Shown: one piece after another, positions 1 to 11,363 of the stretch
How the letters are laid out: every line of letters starts with the position of its first letter
How positions within the stretch are numbered: the stretch's first letter is position 1
Assembly (NCBI GenBank): GCA_023920165.1
Contig: CP089274.1
Location: 2,790,001-2,854,000, forward strand
Reading direction: 5' to 3'
Source of the DNA: Curvularia clavata
Taxonomy: Eukaryota
Length of the DNA stretch: 64,000 nucleotides
The notes under the pieces: generated by a model
Told to the model about the DNA's origin: nothing
The model's input: the letters and a program-made list of their open reading frames with translations, nothing else
Databases searched by the model: none
Position numbers and translations under genes: made by a program

Positions 1-3000
1 ACCGATACACAGGTGTCGCGCTCAGACGCGACGACCAGTGCTAACGACGTCGCCCAGCTTCTCGATCTTAGGTTGGTTGGAGTACCGGAAAGATGCCATG
101 ATTGTGGGGGAGTAGCACATTCTTTGGTCCTGGGTGGATATGGCTGGAATGTTCGCGAGATCTCACGCGGGGTTTCGCCGTGCGTTTGCGAGGCGTCGGT
201 ACCGAGGTGGGGGAGGGGCGGGCTGCGATAAGCGCGGAGCAGAGAGACCTCTGCTGTAGACGAGTCGAACAGGTGTTTACAGAGGGCGAGACTGGAGAGC
301 GCGATAGGGATCGCGTCTTCAGTGTTTCAGGTGGGTAGTATGTCTGTGCAAAAGGAACAAAGGGCCGTCGCCGTTGGGTTCGGACGGTGCGGGCTGGGCT
401 GTGCAGACCGTGCGTCATGCCTGACTCATTGGGAAACGGCTGTGCCCGCCTTGTGGCGATGCGGCCGATTCTGACGCACGTGATATGCATCATGTGATGC
501 CACCATTTATATGCGCAATGCTATCACCATCACGCTCAGCCTCTCACAATCTCATGATGCCGAGTCTGACATCACCTCACCGCTGTTGCAGTGACGCGCT
601 ACGGCCGTTAGATACCCTAATACCCAATCCCAATCTGGAGTCTAACGTAACAGTGGTTTCACTGTTGACGCTGTAAAACACTCAAAATTTGAAATATCTT
701 TATTGTTACTTCGACGTCCAGTTCTCTAGATTATACCTCGATCCTCCGTGTCTGACAACCCAACTTTTTCGATGAGTACCTTGACCTTGTCTTTCCCGTA
801 TCCGGCGGATTGCTTGGTCTTCTTCATCTGTGAAACACACTGCTTGCGGATATGCAGTACAGCCCGGTTTCAATCATTCCACCCAGAACCGGATATCATG
901 CATTGCGCTGGGGCGATTTGTGGCTTGCCAAGTTGTGAAGAGGTCGAAGTATCAGTGTTTTGCGGTTGTGAGAAAAGAACGCTCAGAAGTCTAACAGTAG
1001 GTTCCCAATTAGCGTCTTGATCTTCTCAGTTACAATTTCAAGGTATAAATGCAAGCCTTGTGTCTTTCGCAGTTACGTGTATTGCTCTCATGCATTTTAT
1101 GCGCGATGCAAGGATCTGGCTCGGCAGTGAGCGGTGTATTTGTATCATCACAAACAGAATTTGGATGAATCAAACATGCGTGCTGGACTATACCTACAAG
1201 TGGCACCTATTTTCTAAGCGAGGTACAGAATGATTTTTGTTGTGACGGAACAAGAATCTTAGGTCTGGCTCTTGGATTCGAGAAGTCATTCGAGATACAA
1301 CCAAGTTCAAAGCTATTGACGCCTTTCTGATGGTGTCAGATTACCCCACAGCATGCCATATGCATCTCAGAGCAGCAAACCTAGCTCAATAATACTTTTT
1401 CATCTATCTTTGGATACAATGCGGACTTCAATTCTTGTAACGTTCAGCGACCTTCCGAGCACCGTCAGAAACTTCGCAGATCCTGCTTTGCCGACGCAAG
1501 TATCCGGTTCTGCTTCTCAAACACAAAAGCAGTCTCAAGGTTGTTTGACGTCTGCTTGTTTTTTTGCATTCGAGACATTATAAGCCAGGTAAGCGTGTCG
1601 CAGTTCGGCGCAATGCATGTCAGCAAGCTAAGGACAGACACATCAGTATACTCTCATCAACACCCTTTATCGAAATAAAAGACTTAGTGAACTAGCCAAG
1701 TAGCATGTCTCAAGTGCAATATTGGTTACCCCATCAACATGGCCCGAATCATATGCATATGCCATGAGACAATTTGCGCAATGTGTCGACAACGTCTTTG
1801 TGAGAAACTTGTTTACAGAATACACCACCATCGCGAATGGCAATACAACTCTAGGAAATTTCTTGCATCGGGCTTGTTGTGGTTAGTGGTCTCTCTCGGA
1901 GTATGGAAGGGGGGAAGCGAATGTTCTTTATTTTGCAGCATTTGCTGATCTTCATCAGTATCACCTCAGACAATCAGCCCTGACAGCTCCTTGACGATGC
2001 ATATCTATTCCGAGTCGGGTCAAGTCAAGCCAAGCCGCATCGCATCATGGGTAGGTTTGGTTATAAAGTTTATCGACCTTCAGGGTTATGGCAAGACGCT
2101 CGGCGACGAGATGCTACCTATCCGATTGCAATGGACGAGGTGCGCATCTGTGGTATCAGTACCCTCTGCTAAGTAGCCTCGTTAACCGTCGGCCTGATCA
2201 CACCCTAAATTTGTGTGCACGCCAACAGGTTACATGGCAAATAGTACCATGGTCTAGAAGCTTTCAGAATGGCTGTAATCCGGATGCTTTCCCAAAGCTT
2301 GTCGTTGTGGGGTCTCCGGAATCGCTTCAGCGCTCCTCCGCATTGTCCCCAAACAAAATCACTTCCGAGGCTCACTCTGCCACACCTCTCCAAACTGACA
2401 GATAAGATTTTCTCTTCTCAGCTGATGTACGATCGGCAGACCGGGTATGGGGAGCAGTGCATGCAGTAGAAACCAATCGACAAATCATGGGCCTAATCTT
2501 AGCTCGCTTTCTCAGCCACAACACTGCCGCAGGTGCTGAACTGCGACAACCATGAAAAGCAGCTCTAGAACGCTCGATCTCTGGCAAGTCTACCGTACTT
2601 TCGCAAATGCAGTACGTCAACAGCCTGGAGGGTATCGCGTTGGGAAAAGGACAGGAAAACCCCTCTGTTCTTTTTTGCGTGGAAAACATAACACCCTAAT
2701 ACGAGGGATCCAGCGGGCTGATGGAATCGCACGTCTGGCCCGCTTTAGGCCATAACAGCAACCATATATACTTCACCAGCAACGAATGACTGCTTCGATC
2801 GTCATCCTACTATGCATGTATGATGGTGCTGACGGCGAGCCGAGTGAATCCCCATTCGTCGAACACCGGGTACATATTAACTATTGTTGCTTACTGCAGT
2901 GTAAGCGGGACGTCTGGCTGCGCATACGAGTATTTTAGGTGCATGCAGGTGCTCCTAGTATGCGTTTTGCCCTGCCTCCACGACCTAAAGCCGCTACCCC

Positions 3001-3131
3001 ATAGCCGATCAGGACGTGATTGTATTCGGTACATGCCTACCCGGCATGGCTCCAAGTGTCAGGGTCTTACCTGTTTGTTAAGAGTCTGACCCACCCTTTC
3101 TTATCGTTTCCCTTCCTTTCCTTGGGTCACA

Positions 3132-5092
3132 ATGAATCGACAGGCGGAATACCGTGACGACGTGGGCAGTCCTCAGGGCTATACTGAGGGTCAATGGAAT
3201 TCTCCCCCTCAGTTCCAAGAGCATGACCAGATACACTCTACGCCAGGCATGTCGCATGTCTACCCAAGCCAAAGTTCACCACCAGGTGTGTCACCTCCGC
3301 TGCCGTACGAACCAGAATATACACCAAATCCTGATCCAAAGAAATACGATGTTTCTCAACAAGGGTACGGACACAATCATATGGCGCTCCAGTCTAATTT
3401 GTCATTGAAACGATCTGGATGGCTTGCATTTTCTCAGTATTATGCGATTCTGACTTTGTTGCAGTTATTCCACGGAGAAAGAGACTCCATATCAGTCCAA
3501 TATTGGCCCCACACCAGACTTCTCGGCGCCTCAAGTTGTCCCCGGCCAGTTCAGTCTTTACCCTCATCGGCCAATGCCATATTCTTCCCCTGGTGGGACT
3601 ACACCTGCCTCACCTCACGTAAGGCCCTACGGATTCAAGGAGCACGTTGATCCACTAGATGCGCCCGAAAATGCTCCGGAACCGCTCCCGACTAAAGAAG
3701 AAAGAAAATGCGGAATGAAGAGACGGAATTTCTTTATCCTTATCGGAATCATTATTCTTCTCGTCATTGGCCTCGCGCTAGGTCTTGGACTCGGCCTCGG
3801 CCTGCAAAAAGACGACTCGTAAGTTCTGTGATCGCAGCAAAATGTCCAAATTACAATGTACTGACTCTATGTAGAGACGAAGAACCAGCAAATCCCGTCT
3901 GTCGTAAAAACCCAGAATGGTGCATTGGCGGCTCCCTCAGCGCGGATTATGTTTCCAAGAAGGGTGTTTTTAATGGCACTGGCATCGCACTTGCAGGAGA
4001 ATCATGGAACAAAGGCCAACGAAAACTTTTTACATTGTATTTCCAGCACCACACTGGAGATATCAGATTTATGCAGTACAGCACTGATCAGACATGGCTC
4101 GGTGGCACAAAAGCGCAAACTGTAGCCAGCGATGCAAAGGATGCGTCGCCCATATCGGCCGTGTCCTTTGCGATTGACGCGACACAATATGTAAGCCTTG
4201 CCATTTTCACATGATTTGAAAATTCATGTTAATGATCAAAAAGGTACATATCTTCTACATCGACAAGAACAACACTGTTAAGCAGATAGTCCAAGACAAC
4301 ATAACCTCCATCTGGCAACCCGGTCCGCTCAGCAAGCTCAACCTTAAGGCCTTCGACTCGCCCAGCGTTGGTCTACAAGCCTGTTGGAAAGGCAACTACT
4401 ACGGCGACTCAGACTACACCAAATTTCCCGTCCTAACCGGGGCCAACGACACCAAGCCGTTCGACAACATCAAGGGCATGAACATCTGGTTCGCCACCGA
4501 CGAGTCCACCTTCGCGCAATACGCATGGTACAGCGGCCACGAAAACGACACATGGGTCTCCATCAAGCCGTGGTCGGGCTTCAACGGCCACGCAGGCGTA
4601 GGATGCTATTCCTGGGGGGACGGCACCAGCTCGTACGCCATGCTTGCTAGCCAAGACAACACGGTCGAGTTCTGGTGGAAAGACACAAATTCCAGCGTGC
4701 AGTCGACCGAAGCGCATCCCATCAATTCGTGGGTGAATGCTTCAGAAGCCTCCATTGCGGGTGTTCATCCTAGCACTTCATTGGGATATACCACGTACTT
4801 CTACGCACAAATGGCCGATCGCACCATCAAGGGTTACAATGTCACATACGCGAGTGAAAACACAACGTTGACGGAAACCGAAGCGTTTTCGATTGCGGAT
4901 CCGGCGGGACCAGTAAAGGCGCTGGGGGGCACCCATCTTACAGTCACTTCGTATAAGGAGCAGAGTGGCACTGACACTTGGGATAGCTTGTACGTGTTTT
5001 TCCAAAGAGAGGGTGATGATATTGCGGCGTTTACGAGACCGGTCTTGGGCGGGCAATGGACAGGTGCAGCTTTGAATATTCCAGACGAGTGA
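3132..5092 (+). CDS. Type II membrane protein with a C-terminal fungal fucose-specific lectin-like beta-propeller (~583 aa, 4 exons)
   Basis: Introns 3365-3464, 3819-3874 and 4191-4243 (GT..AG) join four ORFs in frame. The protein has a P/Y/Q-rich N-terminus, then RRNFFILIGIIILLVIGLALGLGLGLGL (TM helix), then lectin-propeller-like segments (LYFQHHTGDIR, W.GG, DAKDASPISAVS, VHIFYID, LYVFFQ). Family assigned by motif recognition only. Confidence 0.65.
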
Positions 5093-5555
5093 CGAGTGTG
5101 CTGGTCACACGTGTTGGGTGTAAATATGCATAAGAGGTTCAAGCGACTCGGGCAGGATATGCAGGTTGAGTACTGGATCACCTCTTCCTTCGTTTTTATC
5201 ACGACCCCTTTTTTTCTTTGTTTTGAATTACTAGCTTTTCGTTCGTTACGATACCGCGCCGCTGAGCACAAGAGCATGTTAGGATACCGGGTTTTTCAGT
5301 CACTGATGAGAGAATTCGCTTTCGTAGACAGCTTTTGGACATACGAGCAAAATGATGATCGCTGTTATATTATTACTTGCAAGCAGACTTGATACGCCGA
5401 TGCATTATGCCTGTGGTCGATTCTAGCTTTTGTCTTTCCAAACGCCCGCGCGATATCCAGTAGTGGGCAGATTACCTAGTAGGCACGTGGTAAGTGACAG
5501 AGCCATATACAGCAAATGATGAAAGAGAATAGCAAAACGCAGAATCTCCCTTCCA

Positions 5556-6718
5556 TCAATCCTTAAGCCGCGTACCTGCAATATCCTCTTGCGCATCTTT
5601 GATGAGGAAGCTGTCGTAAAATGGTTAGCGGTGAGTCTTCGTATCAGGAATGAGTCAACATACTTATACCACAAAACGGTTGGCAACACAGTCCCCAGAT
5701 GCCACAAACTATGCGCATCAATCATGCCTTTCCAAGGCGGGAAATCCAACAACTCCAAGCTCATTGCCAGGATAATCCACGCGACGCAGAGACCCGGCCA
5801 AACCGCCCATGTGCGCCCAATCTTCTTGTACTGCACGTAACTAAACCCACTCCAGAGCATGTTCGATATAATCCCCACGACAACGTTAGCAGCCATGTTA
5901 TACGTGTAGTCCCAAGACCATAGCGATAGATACAAGACATGCATCGTGTACAGCAAGATGCAAAACGCCGTCCACAGCCGCAGCAAGCTCTGTTTCCTGG
6001 GCTCTGGGCGATCAAGTCGAAACACACGGATGGGCGCATAGTACAGTCCATACAAGACGTTTGCGCCCGCCGCAAAATAATCCAACTTCTCCGTCAATCC
6101 AAAGTCCCGCGTGTGGAATATCATGCTAAACATCCAACTCGCAAGGCCCACATATCCAAACATGAGGTAGTATTTCCGCAGACGGTATGAGGCCGGAATG
6201 CGCTCGCGCAGCTGCGACATGCCCCAGTCATGCGCGAGGTAGTTGAACAGCGAGAAGATGACGGAGAAGGGCTCCTGGGCGCCCATGAAGCGGTAAAAGG
6301 GCCATTTGCCGTGGAATTGGTATACGGGCTGCAGGTAGGGCGGGTCGCGTGCGAGGCGCTGCTGCGTAACGATGTGCTGGCATGTGTAGTCGCATTCTGA
6401 GGGGCAGTCCCAGAGGAGCAGGCGACGGTGGAAAGCTAGGGAGAAACAAAACGTCAGTCAGTTGGCGAGCAACAGGTACAAGTGAGAAGTTGTCAATGGG
6501 CTTGTCAAGAAAATATGTAAAGATTGCTAACAGAGGAAAAAAAAATAGAACGTACGTATGGCCGGCCCTCCTTTTACGCAGTTTGTTTCCTGGCAGACCT
6601 TTACACACTGCTTGAACTCGGGCAGATGATCCCCCATCGACGCCTGCGCTGTTCCACACAGGAGCGCAAGACCCACGACGGCAATACTCTGCCACGCAAT
6701 TGCTTTTCGGATCTTCAT
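5556..6718 (-). CDS. PER1: Per1-like GPI remodelling protein (PGAP3 family)
   Basis: Signal peptide, then ASMGDHLPEF..C..C and, after intron 6436-6555, LLLWDCPSECDYTCQH. Also GKWPF, QEPFSVIFS, IFHTRD, TEKLDYF, SLELLDFPP and IDAHSLWH. A short last exon FLIKDAQEDIAGTRLKD* follows a second intron near 5611-5662. Confidence 0.93.
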
Positions 6719-6961
6719 GGCTCGTCGATTCACCGCCGGTGGTGCGTTCGCGTGCGTATACGGGTCAAAAGAAACAATCGCGAAGACGACGGTTGTCTGT
6801 TTTAAGGAGGCATTGAGAAGTTCAGAATCGCGTATATCTGGCGTGTCAGCGCGAGTCCGATCGACAGGGTCTTGGCGAATGTCCGATAAATCCGGTCGTG
6901 ATGCAGATACAAGTAATTCTGGATATGGATTACTTAATTATGAAAATAGTCATAATCACAA

Positions 6962-7044
6962 GGGCGTATAGCTCAGTGGTAGAGCGCCCGCTTTGCATCA
7001 CGCAAAATTGCGGGAGGTCTGGATTTCGATCATCCATCCGTCCA
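6962..7044 (+). tRNA. tRNA-Ala (anticodon TGC) with an 11-nt intron (6998-7008)
   Basis: GGGCGTA-TA-GCTC-AGTGGTA-GAGC-G-CCCGC-TT[TGC]A-intron-T-GCGGG-AGGTC-TGGAT-TTCGATC-ATCCA-TCCGTCC-A folds into a cloverleaf. It has the G3:U70 alanine identity pair and the intron sits at the canonical 37/38 position. T-runs at ~7081 could act as the Pol III terminator. Confidence 0.9.
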
Positions 7045-7677
7045 CAGCTGAGTACTTGAATCCGCTTGGATTCACCCCTCTTTTTTTCCTTTTTTTCCTT
7101 CCCTCTTCCTACCCGTCTTCACCATTTCGCTCCATCGTTCGCCTTTTTCTTTTATCTAATATCATTCAATACACTATAATATACTATAAGGTATTTTTCA
7201 TTTTTAATAGAAACGGCTTTCAAAGAAATCAAATATGGTATGAACCTGACCTTGTCTATTTTTTATATTTTAAAATTGATATTCCACCACACACTTCACA
7301 CCAATTGTGCAATATTCACAACCGTGCAGAGCCAAATGAAATCTTATCCCGCACTGAATTGGTGAAAAAATATAAGGAACGCGCCAAACGCGTGAGCAGA
7401 CACAGTCTCCATGCACTTATATAATCATAACTTTTCTTTCATTTCCATCATTCTTCATCCAATCTAACACTACATTTGCGTGTTGCCACCGAGGACCATC
7501 ATTCGCCTCCCAAGTCGTAGAAAAGAAAGTGATCAAAAACCAAGAAAACCAAGGGGCCAGTCCATTTGGAAAAGAGAAGAAAATACCGGTATATTCGCCC
7601 GTGTGGAAAAACCCTTCCCATGGATGCTAGAGAGAAGAGGTAAAGACACACACACACATGCACATACGTCTAGAAAC

Positions 7678-10425
7678 CTAAGCCTGGATAGCCCTTCCCA
7701 ATGCACCGCCCGTAAACTGCTGATTCCGGCCTCCCCTTGAAGCACCGCCTCCGCCCCTGCCGCCACCACCACGGCCGCCGCCCCTACCGCCGCGGTTACC
7801 GCGTCCGCCTTGCCTCTCAAACGCGTTGGCGGTGCCTTGTGTGCGTTGCTCGAGTGTCTTCTCGTTGGATTCGATGAGGCCTGACGCCTTGTCTGACAGG
7901 CTGAGTGCCAGGGTCTGCAGTCTTGAGAGCTCAACACCCTTTCTGAAGATGATGGCCGAGTTGACTTGGTCAAGAGCAGCAGCGAGCTCCTCGTGGGAGA
8001 TCATCTTGGAGACTACTGCAGAGACCTTGCGCTCTGGAAGCTCAAACATGCCCGCTAGTGTGGAGATGGCGAGCGTGTCGTAGAAAGGAGCGTAGGTAAA
8101 GAGATATGTCCGCAGACCTTCCTCTTGGATCTGTGCAGACAGCATCTCCTTGATCTTGTCCGAGTTGGCCATGAGCTCCCAGATCTTGATTGAGTTGATG
8201 AACTCTGCGGCCTTCTTCCACTCGCCAGCAGAGAGAGCCTTGGATGCTTGCATGACGTGGTCGCGCGTGTTCTCGGGAGGGCCGGTAAAGATCTGGCGCT
8301 CATGGTACTCCAAGAGACGGCGGTATGTCTTGCTGATCACTCGCTTCCTTAGGTCTGGTGACGAACCAAGTTGTGCGAGGAGAGGAATCTCAAGCAACAT
8401 GGAGCAAGTCAGGTAGACGCACTCTAGTAGCTCAAGGTTGATGTGCATGTGGAACGGAAGCTGTCTTTGGCGCTCCAGTCGCTCCTGTTCGGGCGAGATC
8501 TGCGAGTAGCGCTGCATTTGCAGACCCTGTGCGAGAAGCTCCTTCTGCCTGTTGCTACCGCAGATTTCTTGCAGAGAAGTTTGCGCTTCATAGACGAGAC
8601 CAGCACGGAAAGCGCAGAGACCAACTTGTACAAGCGCACGGTTGAACAGAATCTGTGTGTTGACGTCGAAGTTGCTGATAGTCTCTTGCAGATGGGACAT
8701 GAGCATCATGTCACGAGCCTTGTAGTACTGATCATGCAGAGACAGGAAGTAAATCTGGCACAGCATCGCCCGAGCACGGATGATGCCCTCACTGTGGCGG
8801 AAGAGGTATGTGCACAGAGTCTGAACAAGCGAGGCAGTGTCGTTGGAGATGGCACGGGGAGTGATTTCCGAGTCGAGGCTCTCGGGAATGGCCTTCCATA
8901 CGTTGTTCTCGAGGATGGTGATGACTTGCGAGGGCTGCGAATGTTAGCACAAACGGAAAAAATACATATCAGATTAGGCACATACCTTGAAGTAGACGTG
9001 CTCCAATCTCCGCATAACGATGCGGTTCAATGGCTCTTGAGGAAGGTCTAGACTTGGGTTCTTCTTCAACTTCTCCACGTACACCAGAGTGCGCACAAGC
9101 TGTGCGTACAGCAGGGCCTCATCGGTCAACCGCTCGATGTACTCGGAAGTGTGAGGGTCAATGTGCTGAAGGGAACGAGTGAGCTCGTCATCGAGCCTCT
9201 CAACGAAGGAGACGATGCTTCCTGGGATACGGAAGATCTCGCCCGGTGTGATGGTAGGCAGCTTCTCGTCATCCTCCCACTCCTCGGCGTTCTCAACGAC
9301 AACAATCTCATTGCTGTCTTCGAGAATCTGTAGCAGCTTGCCAAACTCTTGGTCGGCCCTGTATCGAGGTCAGCACGTACGTAATTGCCAGGTCCGCTCT
9401 AGGCACACTTACAGCTTCCACTGGTCCTGGTGCATGTGGCTGGCAGTACCCGAGGTCAGGTCAAAGCGAGTAGAGATGAGAGTCAAAAGAACGCGGACCC
9501 TCTGGTAGTCGTTGATGGCAACGTCGAGCAGCTTCTCCAGTGTCCTGATGTGCTCGAGCTTATCGGAGTTCTTGCGGCCACGCTGCTCAACAATGGCACG
9601 GAGTTGCTTGAGGATACCCTCAGGAGTGTAAAGGACAGCCTTGCCGCCAGCACCGACGGTGATGAAGCCGTCGTCTGTGGCCTTCTCCACAATTTCGGTA
9701 GGGAGTTGAGGAATCTTGTTCTTCTTCTTCTTTTCCTTTGGTGCCTGGACGACCTCCTCTTCCTCCTCACGCATGAACTCCTCCTTGTTCTCCCGGTACG
9801 CGTTGATTTCCTTTTCGTAGTCGCGGTTGTGCTTCTTGATCTTCTGGCGGACAGCGTTGAAGCCACGGCCGTTGACAGCGTTCATCTTCTTGGGCGTGAC
9901 CTTTTGCTTCTCGTGCGTCTCGATGACAGCCGTCTCGAGGTCGGCAATGGCCTGAATGTACAGCTTGGGGATCTTGCCATCGTTCTGCTTGACCAGAGTA
10001 GGCACCTGGCGGATGAGCTTGTCGAATTCTATACACATGGCCCCATGTTAGCACAAACCGTCCCACTGCCCCGCCATGCGCGTTGTATACGTACGCTCAG
10101 AAATGACCGCCCAGTCGTTGATCCTCTGCGCATTCTCGATAAGCCGGATGGTCGCCTCCAGCTCGTCGAAGCGCTTGTCCTTGGCGCTCTTCAGCACCTT
10201 GTTCACATCCTCGTCGTCACTCTCGCTCTCGCTATCAGCGTCCTTCAAGAACCTCGCGGCACCGACTTCTGAACCCGAGTCCGAGGAGTCGTCATCGTCA
10301 TCCGAATCTTCGTCGGAATCCTGCTCGCTGTCCTCCTGCTCAGACTCCTCGTCGTTGGAGTAAAGCTCCTCCTCGCTGGACTCGTCCGAGGAGCTGTCGC
10401 TGGCGGCAAAGAAGCGGGACGCCAT
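7678..10425 (-). CDS. NIP1: Eukaryotic translation initiation factor 3 subunit C
   Basis: Starts [20 protein letters not shown], with [40 protein letters not shown], a PCI domain and an RGG tail. Introns 10029-10094, 9359-9412 and 8935-8985. Confidence 0.97.
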
Positions 10426-11363
10426 GATTGCGCTGTTCTCGAGAGTAGAAGTTTGCCCGAGGGATCGAAGGATCGGGGGAAAGGTTTTTGGCTGGTGGCG
10501 GGAGTGCCGTGTGGGCTTGCTGAGAGTCACTTTCTGCCCGCCGCGTTGCAACTTTCCAACCGAATTTCGAGCCAGCGCCAAGCCATGACTGTGTGCCCCG
10601 CGCGCCTAACCCGAAGTGGACGCGAACATCTTCAACCACGGTCCATTGACTTTCGAACAAAGAATTCATGTTTTTCGAAATCGAGAGATTTTATGTCCCG
10701 TGGAATATCAATATCGCCAGGCAGATGAGGCCTTCACCGCAATGTTATACCTCATCCAACGTTTAAGACTGAACACCAACAAACATCATAACAAACCCAG
10801 ATCCAATGCTGACATAACAAAAATGACTGGCTATAACGACAAGCATAGCCAAAACAAGCGATTTTGTGAGGGAAAGGGGGTACTACTAAAATTACACGCA
10901 TACACAATCGCCGCCGTCCACCACATCCTTCGAATTTGGTATTGCCATTTCCAGGCGGCGCCAATCGGTGCCACACTACTACTGTCGCACATGGGTGAGG
11001 GAGTCCATTGTCTGCCCCAGTTATAACTCAATCAAAGGCACCCCTAGCTTACCTGCTTGATTAATTCCTTCGCATACAATCTGAAGAAGCCATTGCGCTG
11101 ACTTCATGGGTGCCCATTGTGATCCCATGCGAAGCTGGTGAAGTGGGCTACATCTCGCAGTGGTACGCAGCATCCTCCGAGTTCTGCTTCTCGTATCGAT
11201 AACCTCATATGACCCTACTCATACCATGGCAATGTTACTGACAGAAGAACTCTGGGGGAGTAAGGCAAAAAGAGATATCGAACAGAATTTAGAACGCCGC
11301 ATCTCCGTGTTGCATACAGCGCCATTCTCTTCTCGATTTTGATCAATGCACGAAGCCAGTTCG

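Noticed and set aside
500..3100. Many 60-105-aa ORFs in the left intergenic region
   Set aside because: No recognisable domain, coherent splice pattern or coding-like composition. A small or degenerate gene cannot be fully excluded.
6993..7424. 143-aa ORF overlapping the tRNA and its downstream T-rich tract
   Set aside because: Non-ATG start inside the tRNA; the low-complexity F/I/Y composition comes from AT-rich spacer DNA.
8443..10272. Long plus-strand ORFs (202 and 280 aa) opposite NIP1
   Set aside because: Antisense shadows caused by codon bias in a highly expressed gene; no recognisable motifs.
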